Part shown: positions 7,778 to 16,452 of the stretch, piece after piece
Position numbering within the stretch: the stretch's first letter is position 1
Layout of the letters: each line of letters opens with the position of its first letter
Assembly (NCBI GenBank): GCA_963711835.1
Contig: CAVQFQ010000003.1
Span: 1 to 16,907, forward strand
Direction: 5' to 3'
Length of the DNA stretch: 16,907 bases
Source: an uncultured delta proteobacterium
Lineage (GTDB): Bacteria > Desulfobacterota > RBG-13-43-22
The notes under the pieces: generated by a model
What the model saw: the letters and a program-made list of their open reading frames with translations, nothing else
What the model was told of the DNA's origin: nothing
Databases searched by the model: none
Translations under genes and position numbers: made by a program

Positions 7778-8287
7778 ATGGCGCCAGAGCGCGAATACCT
7801 GCCTCATTCCTCCGGTTGTTTTTTGTGCGGCGATGAAAACGGTTGTGGGGTGCGGACCCGTTTTTTCGTTGAGGGCGATACCGTACGAACCAAGCTCAGC
7901 CTCCCCCGACATCTTAACGGCTACAAAAACGTTGCCCATGGAGGTGTATTGGCCGGCCTCCTGGATGAAACCATGGGCTGGGCGGCTACGGTCTTCAGTC
8001 AAAGCCATCCTTTTTATGTGACCGGGGAACTGACCGTTAAATATCTTTCCCCGGTTTTTGTCGAAGAGGAGATTGAAGTCAGAGGGCGCCTGATTAAAGA
8101 CGCCGGCCGGATCGTCTATGGCACAGGGGAGCTTCGGCACGGCGAAACGGTCTGCCTCCGGGCCAAGGGCAAATTTCTCCCTTTGAGCAATGAAGCGACC
8201 GCTGAGGTGTTCCCTTATCTTAAGTTCGACCAGTGCCGAAAATACCGGACCCTTTTCGGAAGATTGAAAGGCAATTTAACTTATTAG
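7778..8287 (+). CDS. PaaI-family (hot-dog fold) thioesterase with N-terminal CxxCG-N-G motif
   Basis: CFLCGDENGCG, HGGVLAGLLDE and TGELTVKYLSP; RBS aaagga upstream. Confidence 0.88.
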   Translation: MAPEREYLPHSSGCFLCGDENGCGVRTRFFVEGDTVRTKLSLPRHLNGYKNVAHGGVLAGLLDETMGWAATVFSQSHPFYVTGELTVKYLSPVFVEEEIEVRGRLIKDAGRIVYGTGELRHGETVCLRAKGKFLPLSNEATAEVFPYLKFDQCRKYRTLFGRLKGNLTY

Positions 8288-8315
8288 CCACAGACCCACA
8301 CAGACCAAGACAGAC
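8287..8315 (+). repeat. REP-like short repeat GCCACAGACCCACACAGAC with ~10-nt internal periodicity
   Basis: The unit (c/g)acagac occurs three times at 10-nt spacing. 8287-8305 matches the reverse complement of 10350-10368 at 18 of 19 positions. Confidence 0.65.
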
Positions 8316-8379
8316 AATTGGCCAGCCGGGGGCAAAAATCCTTTTCGAAATTTGCAGATTAAAAGAACGAGGTTGACTG

Positions 8380-10164
8380 ATGGGGCATTTGAAAATCAAT
8401 GAGAAGGACATTTTTTTTATTTTAAAAGATCAGTTAAACTACGGCAGCCTGTGCCGTTTGGAACGCTATAAGGAATTGGATGAAGACACCTTGGATCTGC
8501 TGGTTGCCGAAGCCCTTAAATTCGCCCGGGGCGTGGTCGAACCCCTTCAGGAGATCGGCGAAAAATGGGGGGTTCAATTTGAGGAGGGCCGGGTGCGCTG
8601 CGCCCCGGAATTCCGGGAGGCCTTTAAGCGCTATGGGGAAAACGGCTGGACCGCCGCGGCCCGGGATATCGAATACGGCGGGCAGGGCTTCCCCAATATG
8701 ATGCGGATCGTCATCAACGATTTCATGTACGGCGCGGCCCAGGCTTTTAATATGGCCCCCAGCCTGACCCACGGTGCGGCCCATTTAATAGAGAGCTTCG
8801 CCGTCGAGGAACTCAAGGAACGATTCGTGCCCAAGATGTTCGGCGGCCAATGGTCCGGCACCATGTGCCTGACCGAACCCAACGCCGGTTCCAATCTGGC
8901 AGCCATACGGACTACCGCCTATCCCGAAGGCGACCATTATAAAATCAAGGGCACCAAGATCTTCATCTCCTGGGGAGAGCATGATCTGACCGATAATATT
9001 ATCCACCTCTTGCTGGCCCGGATTGAAGGGGCCCCTGAAGGGCTGAAAGGCATTTCTCTTTTTATCGTGCCCAAAGTCCGGGTGAACCCGGACGGTTCCC
9101 CGGGCAAAGCCAACGATGTCCTTTGTGCCGGTGTGGAAAAAAAGCTGGGGTTGCACGCCTCTCCCACCTGTGTGCTCAATTTCGGGGACAACCATGACTG
9201 TATCGGTTACCTCTGCGGCCAGGCCCACCAGGGGCTGACCCATATGTTCCAGATGATGAACCAGGCCCGAATCAATGTCGGCGTAAGCGGCATGTCTCTG
9301 GCCGGCACGGCTTATTTGAATGCCCTGGCCTATGCCAGGGATCGGATCCAGGGATCCGACCTGGCCGGACGCAAGCCCGGCTTTGTGCCGATCATCGATC
9401 ACCCCGATCTTCGAAGGATGCTGCTCTGGATGAAGGCTGCGGTGGATGGGATGCGTTCCCTGGTTTATACCGGGGCCTTCTGGTCGGATCTGGCCTTGGA
9501 ACTGCCCGAAGGGGAGGAGAAACAACATTACCTGGCCCTGCTGGATTTCATTACCCCGATCATCAAGGCCTATTGTTCCGACCTGGGCTTTCGGGTCTGT
9601 GAAACAGCCATCCAATGCCTGGGCGGTTACGGATTTTGTAAGGAATACCCTTTGGAGCAGTACTTAAGGGATGCCAAGATCATGTCCCTTTATGAGGGCA
9701 CCAACGGGATCCAGTCCATGGACCTCATGGGCCGCAAGATGCGGATCAACCAGGGTGCCCCTTTTAAGGCCTTTCGTTCCGAACTGGAAAACTTTATCCG
9801 GCGGAACCGGTATCACCCGGTCCTGGGCCGGGAAATCCAAAACCTCTCTGAGACCTCTCAAAAACTGGCGGAGATGGCCATCAGGCTTTCGGGAATATCC
9901 AAATCCGACCCCCTGCTCTGGGCCTCCAGCACCTATCCGGCCCTCCTTTGCTTCAGCGAAGTGACCATGGCCTGGCGCCTGCTGGACCTGGCTCGGGTCG
10001 CCCAGCGCCGTTTGGAAGACGACCCCCAAAATGATTTCCTTCGGGGCAAAGTCATGCAGGCCACCTACTGGACGGGGGTAACCCTGCCGGAAACCATGGC
10101 CCGTATCGATACCTGTCTTCGGGAAGGCCGGGAGGTCATCGAAATTCCCGACGGTGCTTTTTGA
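8380..10164 (+). CDS. Acyl-CoA dehydrogenase, long (~590 aa) DmdC/FadE5-like type
   Basis: Motifs GTMCLTEPNAGS, GTKIFISWGEHDL, GLKGISLFIVPK, KLGLHASPTC, MFQMMNQAR, GGYGFCKEYPLEQYLRD, YEGTNGIQ; RBS gaggtt. Confidence 0.93.
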   Translation: MGHLKINEKDIFFILKDQLNYGSLCRLERYKELDEDTLDLLVAEALKFARGVVEPLQEIGEKWGVQFEEGRVRCAPEFREAFKRYGENGWTAAARDIEYGGQGFPNMMRIVINDFMYGAAQAFNMAPSLTHGAAHLIESFAVEELKERFVPKMFGGQWSGTMCLTEPNAGSNLAAIRTTAYPEGDHYKIKGTKIFISWGEHDLTDNIIHLLLARIEGAPEGLKGISLFIVPKVRVNPDGSPGKANDVLCAGVEKKLGLHASPTCVLNFGDNHDCIGYLCGQAHQGLTHMFQMMNQARINVGVSGMSLAGTAYLNALAYARDRIQGSDLAGRKPGFVPIIDHPDLRRMLLWMKAAVDGMRSLVYTGAFWSDLALELPEGEEKQHYLALLDFITPIIKAYCSDLGFRVCETAIQCLGGYGFCKEYPLEQYLRDAKIMSLYEGTNGIQSMDLMGRKMRINQGAPFKAFRSELENFIRRNRYHPVLGREIQNLSETSQKLAEMAIRLSGISKSDPLLWASSTYPALLCFSEVTMAWRLLDLARVAQRRLEDDPQNDFLRGKVMQATYWTGVTLPETMARIDTCLREGREVIEIPDGAF

Positions 10165-10168
10165 GCTT

Positions 10169-10376
10169 ATTTTTTTGCCACCGACAAAAACATGACAGGG
10201 TGGCGGCGACTTGCCGCCACCCTAACCATCAGCGCCTTCGGCTTATATAAAGTTTTTCTTCGCGAAGCGATGGGCTTTCTTGCCTGTTCATAGCCTGCCC
10301 CGTAGGTATTAATACGGGGTCGAACAGGCAAAAATAATCGTCCGCCCTTGTCCGTGTGGGTCTGTGGCAAAAAAAT
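10169..10376. mobile_element. Putative MITE/REPIN-like element (~208 bp) with terminal inverted repeats and internal hairpins
   Basis: Perfect 13-bp TIR ATTTTTTTGCCAC (10169-10181) / GTGGCAAAAAAAT (10364-10376) with degenerate extension. Internal 11-bp hairpin at 10197-10223 and nested stems at 10280-10331. Confidence 0.55.
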
Positions 10377-10401
10377 CTTTTTCTATTAAGGGATAGAATT
10401 G

Positions 10402-10824
10402 ATGGACTTAAAGGTTCTCAAAAAACTCGGTGAGGCATCGCCCTATTACAAGCATCTGAATATGGATATCCTGGAGGCCGGGGATGGCTTCGCCAAAGTT
10501 GCCATGACGATCCAACCCCATCATAACAATATCCTGAACATCGTCCACGGAGGGGCCATTGCTTCCCTGGCCGATCAGGCTGCCATGCGGGCCCTCCAGA
10601 CCCTGCTGCCCGAAGGGCAGCGCTGCCGCACCGTCCAAATGGACATCCACTACCTGTCGGCGGCCAAGGGAAAGTTTCTGGTTGCGGAAGGCCGGGTTCA
10701 AAAGAAGGGTGGGAATATCGCCTTCAGCGATGTGGAGGTCCTCGATGAAAAAGGCAAGAAGGTCGCCATCGCCCGCTGCACCATCGCCATTGTCGAGACC
10801 AAAAAAACAGCTACCTTGCCCTGA
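10402..10824 (+). CDS. PaaI-family thioesterase
   Basis: NILNIVHGGAIASLADQA and TVQMDIHYLSAA. ATG at 10402 (alternative TTG at 10399) after aaggga. Confidence 0.9.
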   Translation: MDLKVLKKLGEASPYYKHLNMDILEAGDGFAKVAMTIQPHHNNILNIVHGGAIASLADQAAMRALQTLLPEGQRCRTVQMDIHYLSAAKGKFLVAEGRVQKKGGNIAFSDVEVLDEKGKKVAIARCTIAIVETKKTATLP

Positions 10825-11073
10825 CCACTATTTAATCTGATAGAAAAGTTCAGTCTGAGTCTCGACAATAAATTCACCAACTACTCTTCAAAAAAGCTGG
10901 CCCTAAAAATTAACGATTACGGATGGAAATCTGGGAGGAATGGTTGGACTACTCCGGCCTTGAACTTGAGGTGTCATCTCTCCTTTTTTGGCCATAGCCG
11001 CCTCCTTCCTTTGGGCTAACTCAGAGCTTATCACATTGTCCAATTATTGGGGACCACCTCACTTCAACTTCCA

Positions 11074-12465
11074 TTAAACATTTGCGAGTGGTGGCAATGG
11101 AAACTCGCCTCGGGCTGACTCATACGCCCGGCTTGCCCGCAAAACTATATCATCCCTGTAAAGTGGCCCTACTATTTGTAGCCCTACAGGAAGGCCCTCA
11201 CTGGTAATACCGCAAGGGATACTTGCTGCGGGTTGCCCAGTTTGATTAAATGGGCATGTTAAAGGGGGAGGTCCTTTTAATTCACCCGGCAGTCCCCCCG
11301 CCTCTGGCGCGGTCACATGGAAACTCGGAGAAACAAGTAAATCATAATTTTCGTGAAAAAGGTTCATCTTGTGGCCCAACGCTTCACGATCAGCCAATGC
11401 TTGGATAAATTCCATCACATCAATCCTTTCTCCTCTCTCGGCAAGTTGGATGATAGAAGGATCCAACATTGACCGCTGCTCAGAGGTAAGCGCTCGTACC
11501 CCTTTTGCAGTAAATACAACCCACTGGATCCCCGAAATCTTTAACCCCTCCTCTAAACCTGGCGGATCGACCTGGTCTACAAATGCACCTAGATGAGAGA
11601 AGACAGAGACGGCCTTGGAAACAATATCTGCCACCTCCTTATCCACCTTGGCATAACCAAGATTAGGGCTATAGGCAATCTTAAGTCTCTTTACACCATC
11701 GTTCAAACCCACGCGGTAGTCAGTTCCATCTGCAGGTAGAGCATACCAATCCCTGGGATCGGGCTGCGATATAAGTGTCATCATAAGTGCTGCATCTTCG
11801 ACAGTCCGAGTAATAGGGCCAACATGGGAAAGAGAGGGGTACCAGCCTCTCGGATAGTGGGGCACCCGACCAAAGGTCGGCTTCAGGCCGAATACACCTG
11901 ACCAGTGGCATGGGATTCGAATAGAACCTCCTCCATCTGTTCCAATTGCAAGGGGGCCCATTCCCATGGCAACAGCTGCAGCAGCACCACCACTACTACC
12001 CCCCGGTGACTTCTGCAAGTTCCAAGGGTTACGGGTAATACCGGTCAAGGGGCTAACTGTGACAATTTGATGTGCAAATTCCGGAATACATGTTTTACCT
12101 AGAATAATCGCACCGTGCTCTCGCAGCCTCGCAACCGATGGACCGTCTTCATCCCAAGGCTGAATTGGATCAACTGTTTTGGAACCAAAAAGGGTGGGCC
12201 AGCCTTTTACCCAAATGTTATCTTTGATAGAGACTGGTACACCTTCGACCAATCCTTTGGGCTCACCTTTCATCCAGCGCATTTCCGAGTTTCTTGCTTC
12301 AGCTAAGGCACCTTCCTCGTCAACCATCCGAAACGCATTAAGTTGACCATTGTACGCTGTAATTTGATCCAATATCGCTTTCGTCACCTCTACCGGAGAC
12401 AATCGCTTTTTTCGATATTCGCAGGTCAATTGGGTAGCGGAAAGAAATTGTAGTTCGAAATTCAT
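11074..12465 (-). CDS. Amidase-signature family amidase (GatA/AtzE-like fold)
   Basis: Lys-cisSer-Ser triad motifs GVPVSIKD, PGGSSGG, GTDGGGSIRIP, plus GLKPTFGRV and GLPVGLQIVG. Strong RBS aggaaggagg before ATG 12465. Confidence 0.93.
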   Translation of the reverse strand: MNFELQFLSATQLTCEYRKKRLSPVEVTKAILDQITAYNGQLNAFRMVDEEGALAEARNSEMRWMKGEPKGLVEGVPVSIKDNIWVKGWPTLFGSKTVDPIQPWDEDGPSVARLREHGAIILGKTCIPEFAHQIVTVSPLTGITRNPWNLQKSPGGSSGGAAAAVAMGMGPLAIGTDGGGSIRIPCHWSGVFGLKPTFGRVPHYPRGWYPSLSHVGPITRTVEDAALMMTLISQPDPRDWYALPADGTDYRVGLNDGVKRLKIAYSPNLGYAKVDKEVADIVSKAVSVFSHLGAFVDQVDPPGLEEGLKISGIQWVVFTAKGVRALTSEQRSMLDPSIIQLAERGERIDVMEFIQALADREALGHKMNLFHENYDLLVSPSFHVTAPEAGGLPGELKGPPPLTCPFNQTGQPAASIPCGITSEGLPVGLQIVGPLYRDDIVLRASRAYESARGEFPLPPLANV

Positions 12466-12600
12466 AAAAACCTCCTTCCTATGGACAGAGCGGATAGTCA
12501 ATGTTCCGTCATAGTTTCTGACTGTCCACTATCTATCAAACAATCATTTAAAGTTCTTAATAGAACAAAAACTCATCAGTGTGATATAGATGAAGACAAG

Positions 12601-13209
12601 TCAATTCCATACCAAAATCGCTTCCTCTTTTGTAATTACCCAACCCCATCCGAGACTAAAACTTGTTAAACTCATTTCATGCCATGCTGGGTTTACTTCA
12701 GCCGTAGCATCTCTAATTATAAAGACCCTATAGTCCCGTTGACTTGCATCCCGAGCAGTACTCTCCACACAAAAATGTGTTGTAACCCCACAAATAACTA
12801 TATCATTAATTGCCAAACTCCTAAGGACAGGGTCAAGGCCTGTTCCATAGAAAGCACTATAACGACATTTTTCAATAATAAAGTCATTTGGATCTGGGGT
12901 CAGTTCGTTAACAATTTCAGAATCCCAACTTCCAGCAGCGACATAGTTAACGGTTGTAAGAGCCGGCCATATCTCTTGGGTCAGAACGCCCCCATTTTTA
13001 TAATCTGGTCGTAAGATATATTTAGCATAGATGATTGGTACTTTTACAAAACGGGCCGCATCGATCAGTTCTCGGCAGTTTGGAATTATTGATCGAAGAG
13101 GAGAAGTATCGATCCCGAGCTTGGCAAAGGACCCCTCTGAGTGGCAATAGGCATTCTGCATGTCGATCACTAAGAGGGCAACTTTTTCTCTCCCAAATTT
13201 TAATGCCAT
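12601..13209 (-). CDS. Isochorismatase-like cysteine hydrolase (RutB-like amidohydrolase)
   Basis: Asp-Lys-Cys triad: IDMQNAY, EKCRYSAF, GVTTHFCVESTARDA; also GSWD. RBS aaggagg. Confidence 0.9.
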   Translation of the reverse strand: MALKFGREKVALLVIDMQNAYCHSEGSFAKLGIDTSPLRSIIPNCRELIDAARFVKVPIIYAKYILRPDYKNGGVLTQEIWPALTTVNYVAAGSWDSEIVNELTPDPNDFIIEKCRYSAFYGTGLDPVLRSLAINDIVICGVTTHFCVESTARDASQRDYRVFIIRDATAEVNPAWHEMSLTSFSLGWGWVITKEEAILVWN

Positions 13210-13344
13210 TTTTTATCCTCCTTCATGAATCGTTTTATAATCCATTATTCCACCTCCATCGGGTGGGGTTGAATAGTCTCGATGCAATCGGTAAAAATTA
13301 AAATATAAAAGAGATTTTAGCGGACTTTTACCGGTGGCAAAAGG

Positions 13345-14334
13345 TTATGATTTGCCAAGACCTTCTAACCATTCTTTGATTACAGGTTGGACTTTAGGGC
13401 CGACAACCACGCCCATGTGGGTTACACCGTTCAACAATTTTAACTTTCCCTTTGTAAATTGAGAAACCACCGGTTCAAATTGTTCTGCATAAAAAGCCTC
13501 GTCTCCTGAACCCACGACAAATAAAAGGGGTTGTGTTATGGCACTGAGATCTTTTTTATAGTTTCGAGGGGCGTAGGACGTGTTGAGCCGGTAAGTGTAC
13601 GAAAGGGTTTCAGTCCCATCGCGAGATTCTTTAGGCATGTTAAAATCAATAACAGTGAGATTATTAAACCATCGAATTCCGAAAGCATTTAGCAAGGTCA
13701 ACCCAATGATGCGCCCAGTGTGGGGCTGCGCCCACCCTCCGGAGTTGGGACGAATAGTGGGCGCATTATGTTGTAGGTAGGGAGACAGCAGCATGTAGGC
13801 GTTGGCTTGGTACCCGTATTTGCTTCCAGCAAAGCGAATAGCCAATCCACCTCCGGATGAGTGGCCGCCTACAATGAACATTGCCTTGGGATTATCCCTT
13901 CGAATCATGGCAATAAAATCCGCCAAATCGTCTTCCAATTGACCTATATAATCCACATCACCTCGCCTTTCGGGCTTATGCCCATGTCCCCGTAAATCTG
14001 GAGTGTATACCTGGGCCAAACCTTTAGAGCTGATAAACTTGGCTAAAGGTAGGAAATACTGGCTATGCCATCCCGACCCGTGCAATAGGATAACAACCTT
14101 ATCGGATTGAGCTGGATAGTGCCGATAGACGAGTTGTTTGCCATCTCCCGCGACAAAGGTTATCAGTCGTGGGATGCTTTTGTAATCGACGAACAACTCC
14201 TTGAAGTCCAGACTGTTTTGCTCTTGCGTAGGCTTTTGGGGTTTGCCATTTATGATTAATACAACGGCAATTATGAAATAAATTACCATCGATATGAGCA
14301 CAGAAATAAATATACCTAAAACTATTTTATTCAT
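13345..14334 (-). CDS. Alpha/beta hydrolase (lysophospholipase/esterase-like) with N-terminal membrane anchor
   Basis: LLHGSG, PDLRGHG, nucleophile elbow GHSSGG, GSGDE and late His (GVTHMG). Hydrophobic N-terminus from ATG 14334 (the ORF track starts at 14400). Confidence 0.88.
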   Translation of the reverse strand: MNKIVLGIFISVLISMVIYFIIAVVLIINGKPQKPTQEQNSLDFKELFVDYKSIPRLITFVAGDGKQLVYRHYPAQSDKVVILLHGSGWHSQYFLPLAKFISSKGLAQVYTPDLRGHGHKPERRGDVDYIGQLEDDLADFIAMIRRDNPKAMFIVGGHSSGGGLAIRFAGSKYGYQANAYMLLSPYLQHNAPTIRPNSGGWAQPHTGRIIGLTLLNAFGIRWFNNLTVIDFNMPKESRDGTETLSYTYRLNTSYAPRNYKKDLSAITQPLLFVVGSGDEAFYAEQFEPVVSQFTKGKLKLLNGVTHMGVVVGPKVQPVIKEWLEGLGKS

Positions 14335-14407
14335 TATTCCCCAGATACGAGTCAAAATTCTCAATCGATCTAAAACTTGGCCCCCCTTAATCATCTCCAA
14401 TGTTCAA

Positions 14408-14478
14408 ACGGCTATTAAACGAATAGTCGTGAATGCCCTTAGTTTTTCCTTGTTTTATATGGGAGATGAACTAAGGGC
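14408..14478. repeat. Two adjacent inverted repeats upstream of the alpha/beta hydrolase
   Basis: acggctatt/aatagtcgt (14408-14430, one G-T pair) and perfect gcccttagtt/aactaagggc (14435-14444 / 14469-14478). Confidence 0.45.
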
Positions 14479-14685
14479 GATGTTCGGGCATTGGCAACAA
14501 TATCACCACTCTTGGATCACTTTTAAACTTCCATTCTTCTAGACTGCAAAGCCAAACTTCTCCAGGGCTCTTCGAGACCGGTTAGGGGTATCACTCACGA
14601 TTCAATCGAGATAGAATCGCTCCCTATGATTAGATTGGTTCTATTAAGTTAAATCTCCTCAACCCAGTAATCCCGACAGGGGGTA

Positions 14686-15924
14686 TTACTCGCCTTCGAC
14701 CCCCAAAAATTGGATAATCGACAAGGCCAGGATTTTGGCAATACCCGTAACATGGTCGGTAAACACATATTCGTTTTCTCCGTGGGCCCCTAATCCTCCA
14801 GGCCCGGTGCAGACACAAGGGATACCTTCCGGTGCAAGAAAGTGAAGGTCGGTTGCCACTTTCAGTGGATACCCGGGGGGGACCTCCGGGGCGACATTCA
14901 GTGGAGGAGCATACCCCAATGCCTTTTGATAGGATTGGTGGACCGCCTGGACGATCGGTGCGGTTATAGGGGTTTCCCAGGAATGGGCCGAGTAGTCATC
15001 TATGATTTTGAGGTTGGCTTGAAAATCTTTGTCCTCGTTTTTTAAATTTTCAATAATTTCGTCCATGGATGACCAAACCTGATCTATTGTATGACCCGGG
15101 ACATTTCTCCCATCGACCACTATTTTACAATAATCCGGGACAGTGGCCTCCCCCAAATACCCCCCCTCGATCGTCACGACCTGCCAATGAGAGTTTTTAT
15201 AAAGATAATGTTCTTTGTGTCTTGGCGGATTCAGATTTATGGCTTGGATCAACTTCCCCATCTTATGGATCGCATTCAGACCTAAACCGCTTTCAGGATT
15301 GACCCCTGAATGGCATGGGCGACCCAAGGTAGAAATCTCAGCCCTGGTCCGGCCAGCGAAACAAGTTCCAATTCCCATTCTGAAAGTCGGCTCGGCCGAT
15401 ATGGCTGAATCAATTTTCTTAGCCATTCCGGAACTTACAAAGTGCTTAATCCCTTTCATCAGACCTTCTTCATCGACGAAACCGGCCAGCATCAATTTCC
15501 CTTTCAATCTGACTCCGGCATCAATCAGAGCTTTTGAAGCCATTAATGCAGCCCCGAAGCCCCCTTTCATATCCATACTACCTCTCCCATAGAGCCGATT
15601 GCCGTCAAGGTTTCCTCCGAACGGGTCGACGGTCCATTTCCTTTTATCACCAAGATCAACCGTATCCGTATGACCTTCAATTAACAAGGTTGGGCCATTA
15701 CCAATTCCTTCGATGGTTCCGATTACGTTTGATCTATCCTTTTCGACTTCATGGGTTTGAACCTTAAGGCCGAACTCCTTCATCTTTTTGGCCAGGAATT
15801 CAACATAGTCTTTCTCATGAGGGTTGATGCTTGGAATTCGAACCATATTTTGGACAAGTTGGATAAGGTCATTCTCAACAATGAGATCAAGGACTTTTTT
15901 TTCGAGTTGAGTCATATCTGGCAT
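14686..15924 (-). CDS. M20-family metallopeptidase/deacylase (ArgE/DapE-like)
   Basis: Metal-binding motifs EGHTDTV, YGRGSMDMKGG, VDEEG, AEPT, AHGENEY. RBS aaggag. Confidence 0.92.
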   Translation of the reverse strand: MPDMTQLEKKVLDLIVENDLIQLVQNMVRIPSINPHEKDYVEFLAKKMKEFGLKVQTHEVEKDRSNVIGTIEGIGNGPTLLIEGHTDTVDLGDKRKWTVDPFGGNLDGNRLYGRGSMDMKGGFGAALMASKALIDAGVRLKGKLMLAGFVDEEGLMKGIKHFVSSGMAKKIDSAISAEPTFRMGIGTCFAGRTRAEISTLGRPCHSGVNPESGLGLNAIHKMGKLIQAINLNPPRHKEHYLYKNSHWQVVTIEGGYLGEATVPDYCKIVVDGRNVPGHTIDQVWSSMDEIIENLKNEDKDFQANLKIIDDYSAHSWETPITAPIVQAVHQSYQKALGYAPPLNVAPEVPPGYPLKVATDLHFLAPEGIPCVCTGPGGLGAHGENEYVFTDHVTGIAKILALSIIQFLGVEGE

Positions 15925-15958
15925 TTTTTTCTCCTTATCCTTATAGCTTTATTTATTG

Positions 15959-16100
15959 GTCAAAACCACCGACAGAGTCGGTGGTGGGGTGTGGGGGCGA
16001 AGGCCCTACTCCTTTAGCGAACCCACTATGTGGGTAAGCCTTTCCATTAAATTTGATCATTACCTTAGAAAAGCCACCGACAAAGTCGGTGGTAGTTTAC
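15959..16100 (-). mobile_element. Non-autonomous IS200/IS605-like miniature element (PATE-like, ~142 bp)
   Basis: Near-identical subterminal hairpins accaccgac-aga-gtcggtggt (15965-15985) and gccaccgac-aaa-gtcggtggt (16073-16093). The minus strand starts GTAAACTACCACCGAC and ends GGTGGTTTTGAC. No transposase ORF inside. Confidence 0.7.
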
Positions 16101-16452
16101 TTAAGTTAGTTTTGATCAAAACTCTAACCATAATTTGAAAATCAAACTATTTAAGCAGGCCAATTCTTTCAAAATTTTATTTGGATCGTCTCTCTTGAGG
16201 AATTGAGTTATCTGTAATCTTCCATTCAAAAACTAACTGCTAAGCCAAAACCTTTGTAAACGGTTTTTGTTGATTAAAGGCAAGTTAGTGGAGAAGACTT
16301 ATTTAATCCAATTGCCAATTCTCCAATAGGCTGTATCATTAAATAAATTCAAATCATGTCTATAAATCGTCGGCCTTTTAGCCGAAATATGGGGGAATTG
16401 TTCACCTCCCTTATGTTGTCGGTCTTCGGACATGCTTTAATTAACAATCTAG

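Noticed and set aside
7092-9615. Long antisense ORFs (7092-7727, 8785-9615) and other shadow ORFs in the track
   Set aside because: They lie opposite or inside well-supported genes, have no recognisable motifs, and are expected from GC-rich codon usage.
10789-10869. 11-bp inverted repeat attgtcgagac/gtctcgacaat spanning the thioesterase stop
   Set aside because: The loop is ~59 nt, one arm is coding and there is no U-tract; not supportable as a terminator or att site and plausibly chance.
11074-12465. Calling the amidase gatA
   Set aside because: No gatB or gatC nearby and no GatA-specific segments recognised; the context is catabolic.
12601-13209. Assigning rutB or biuH as the gene symbol
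   Set aside because: No rutA/C/D/F in the window and the BiuH-type motif is absent; only family-level similarity is supportable.
15965-16093. Two palindromic direct repeats as a possible mini-CRISPR array
   Set aside because: Only two copies, an ~87-nt structured spacer and no cas genes; IS200/IS605-like ends explain them better.
16101-16452. Possible gene or ncRNA in the AT-rich gap downstream of the SBP
   Set aside because: No convincing ORF and only short hairpins (e.g. tcggc/gccga, 16370-16385); insufficient evidence.
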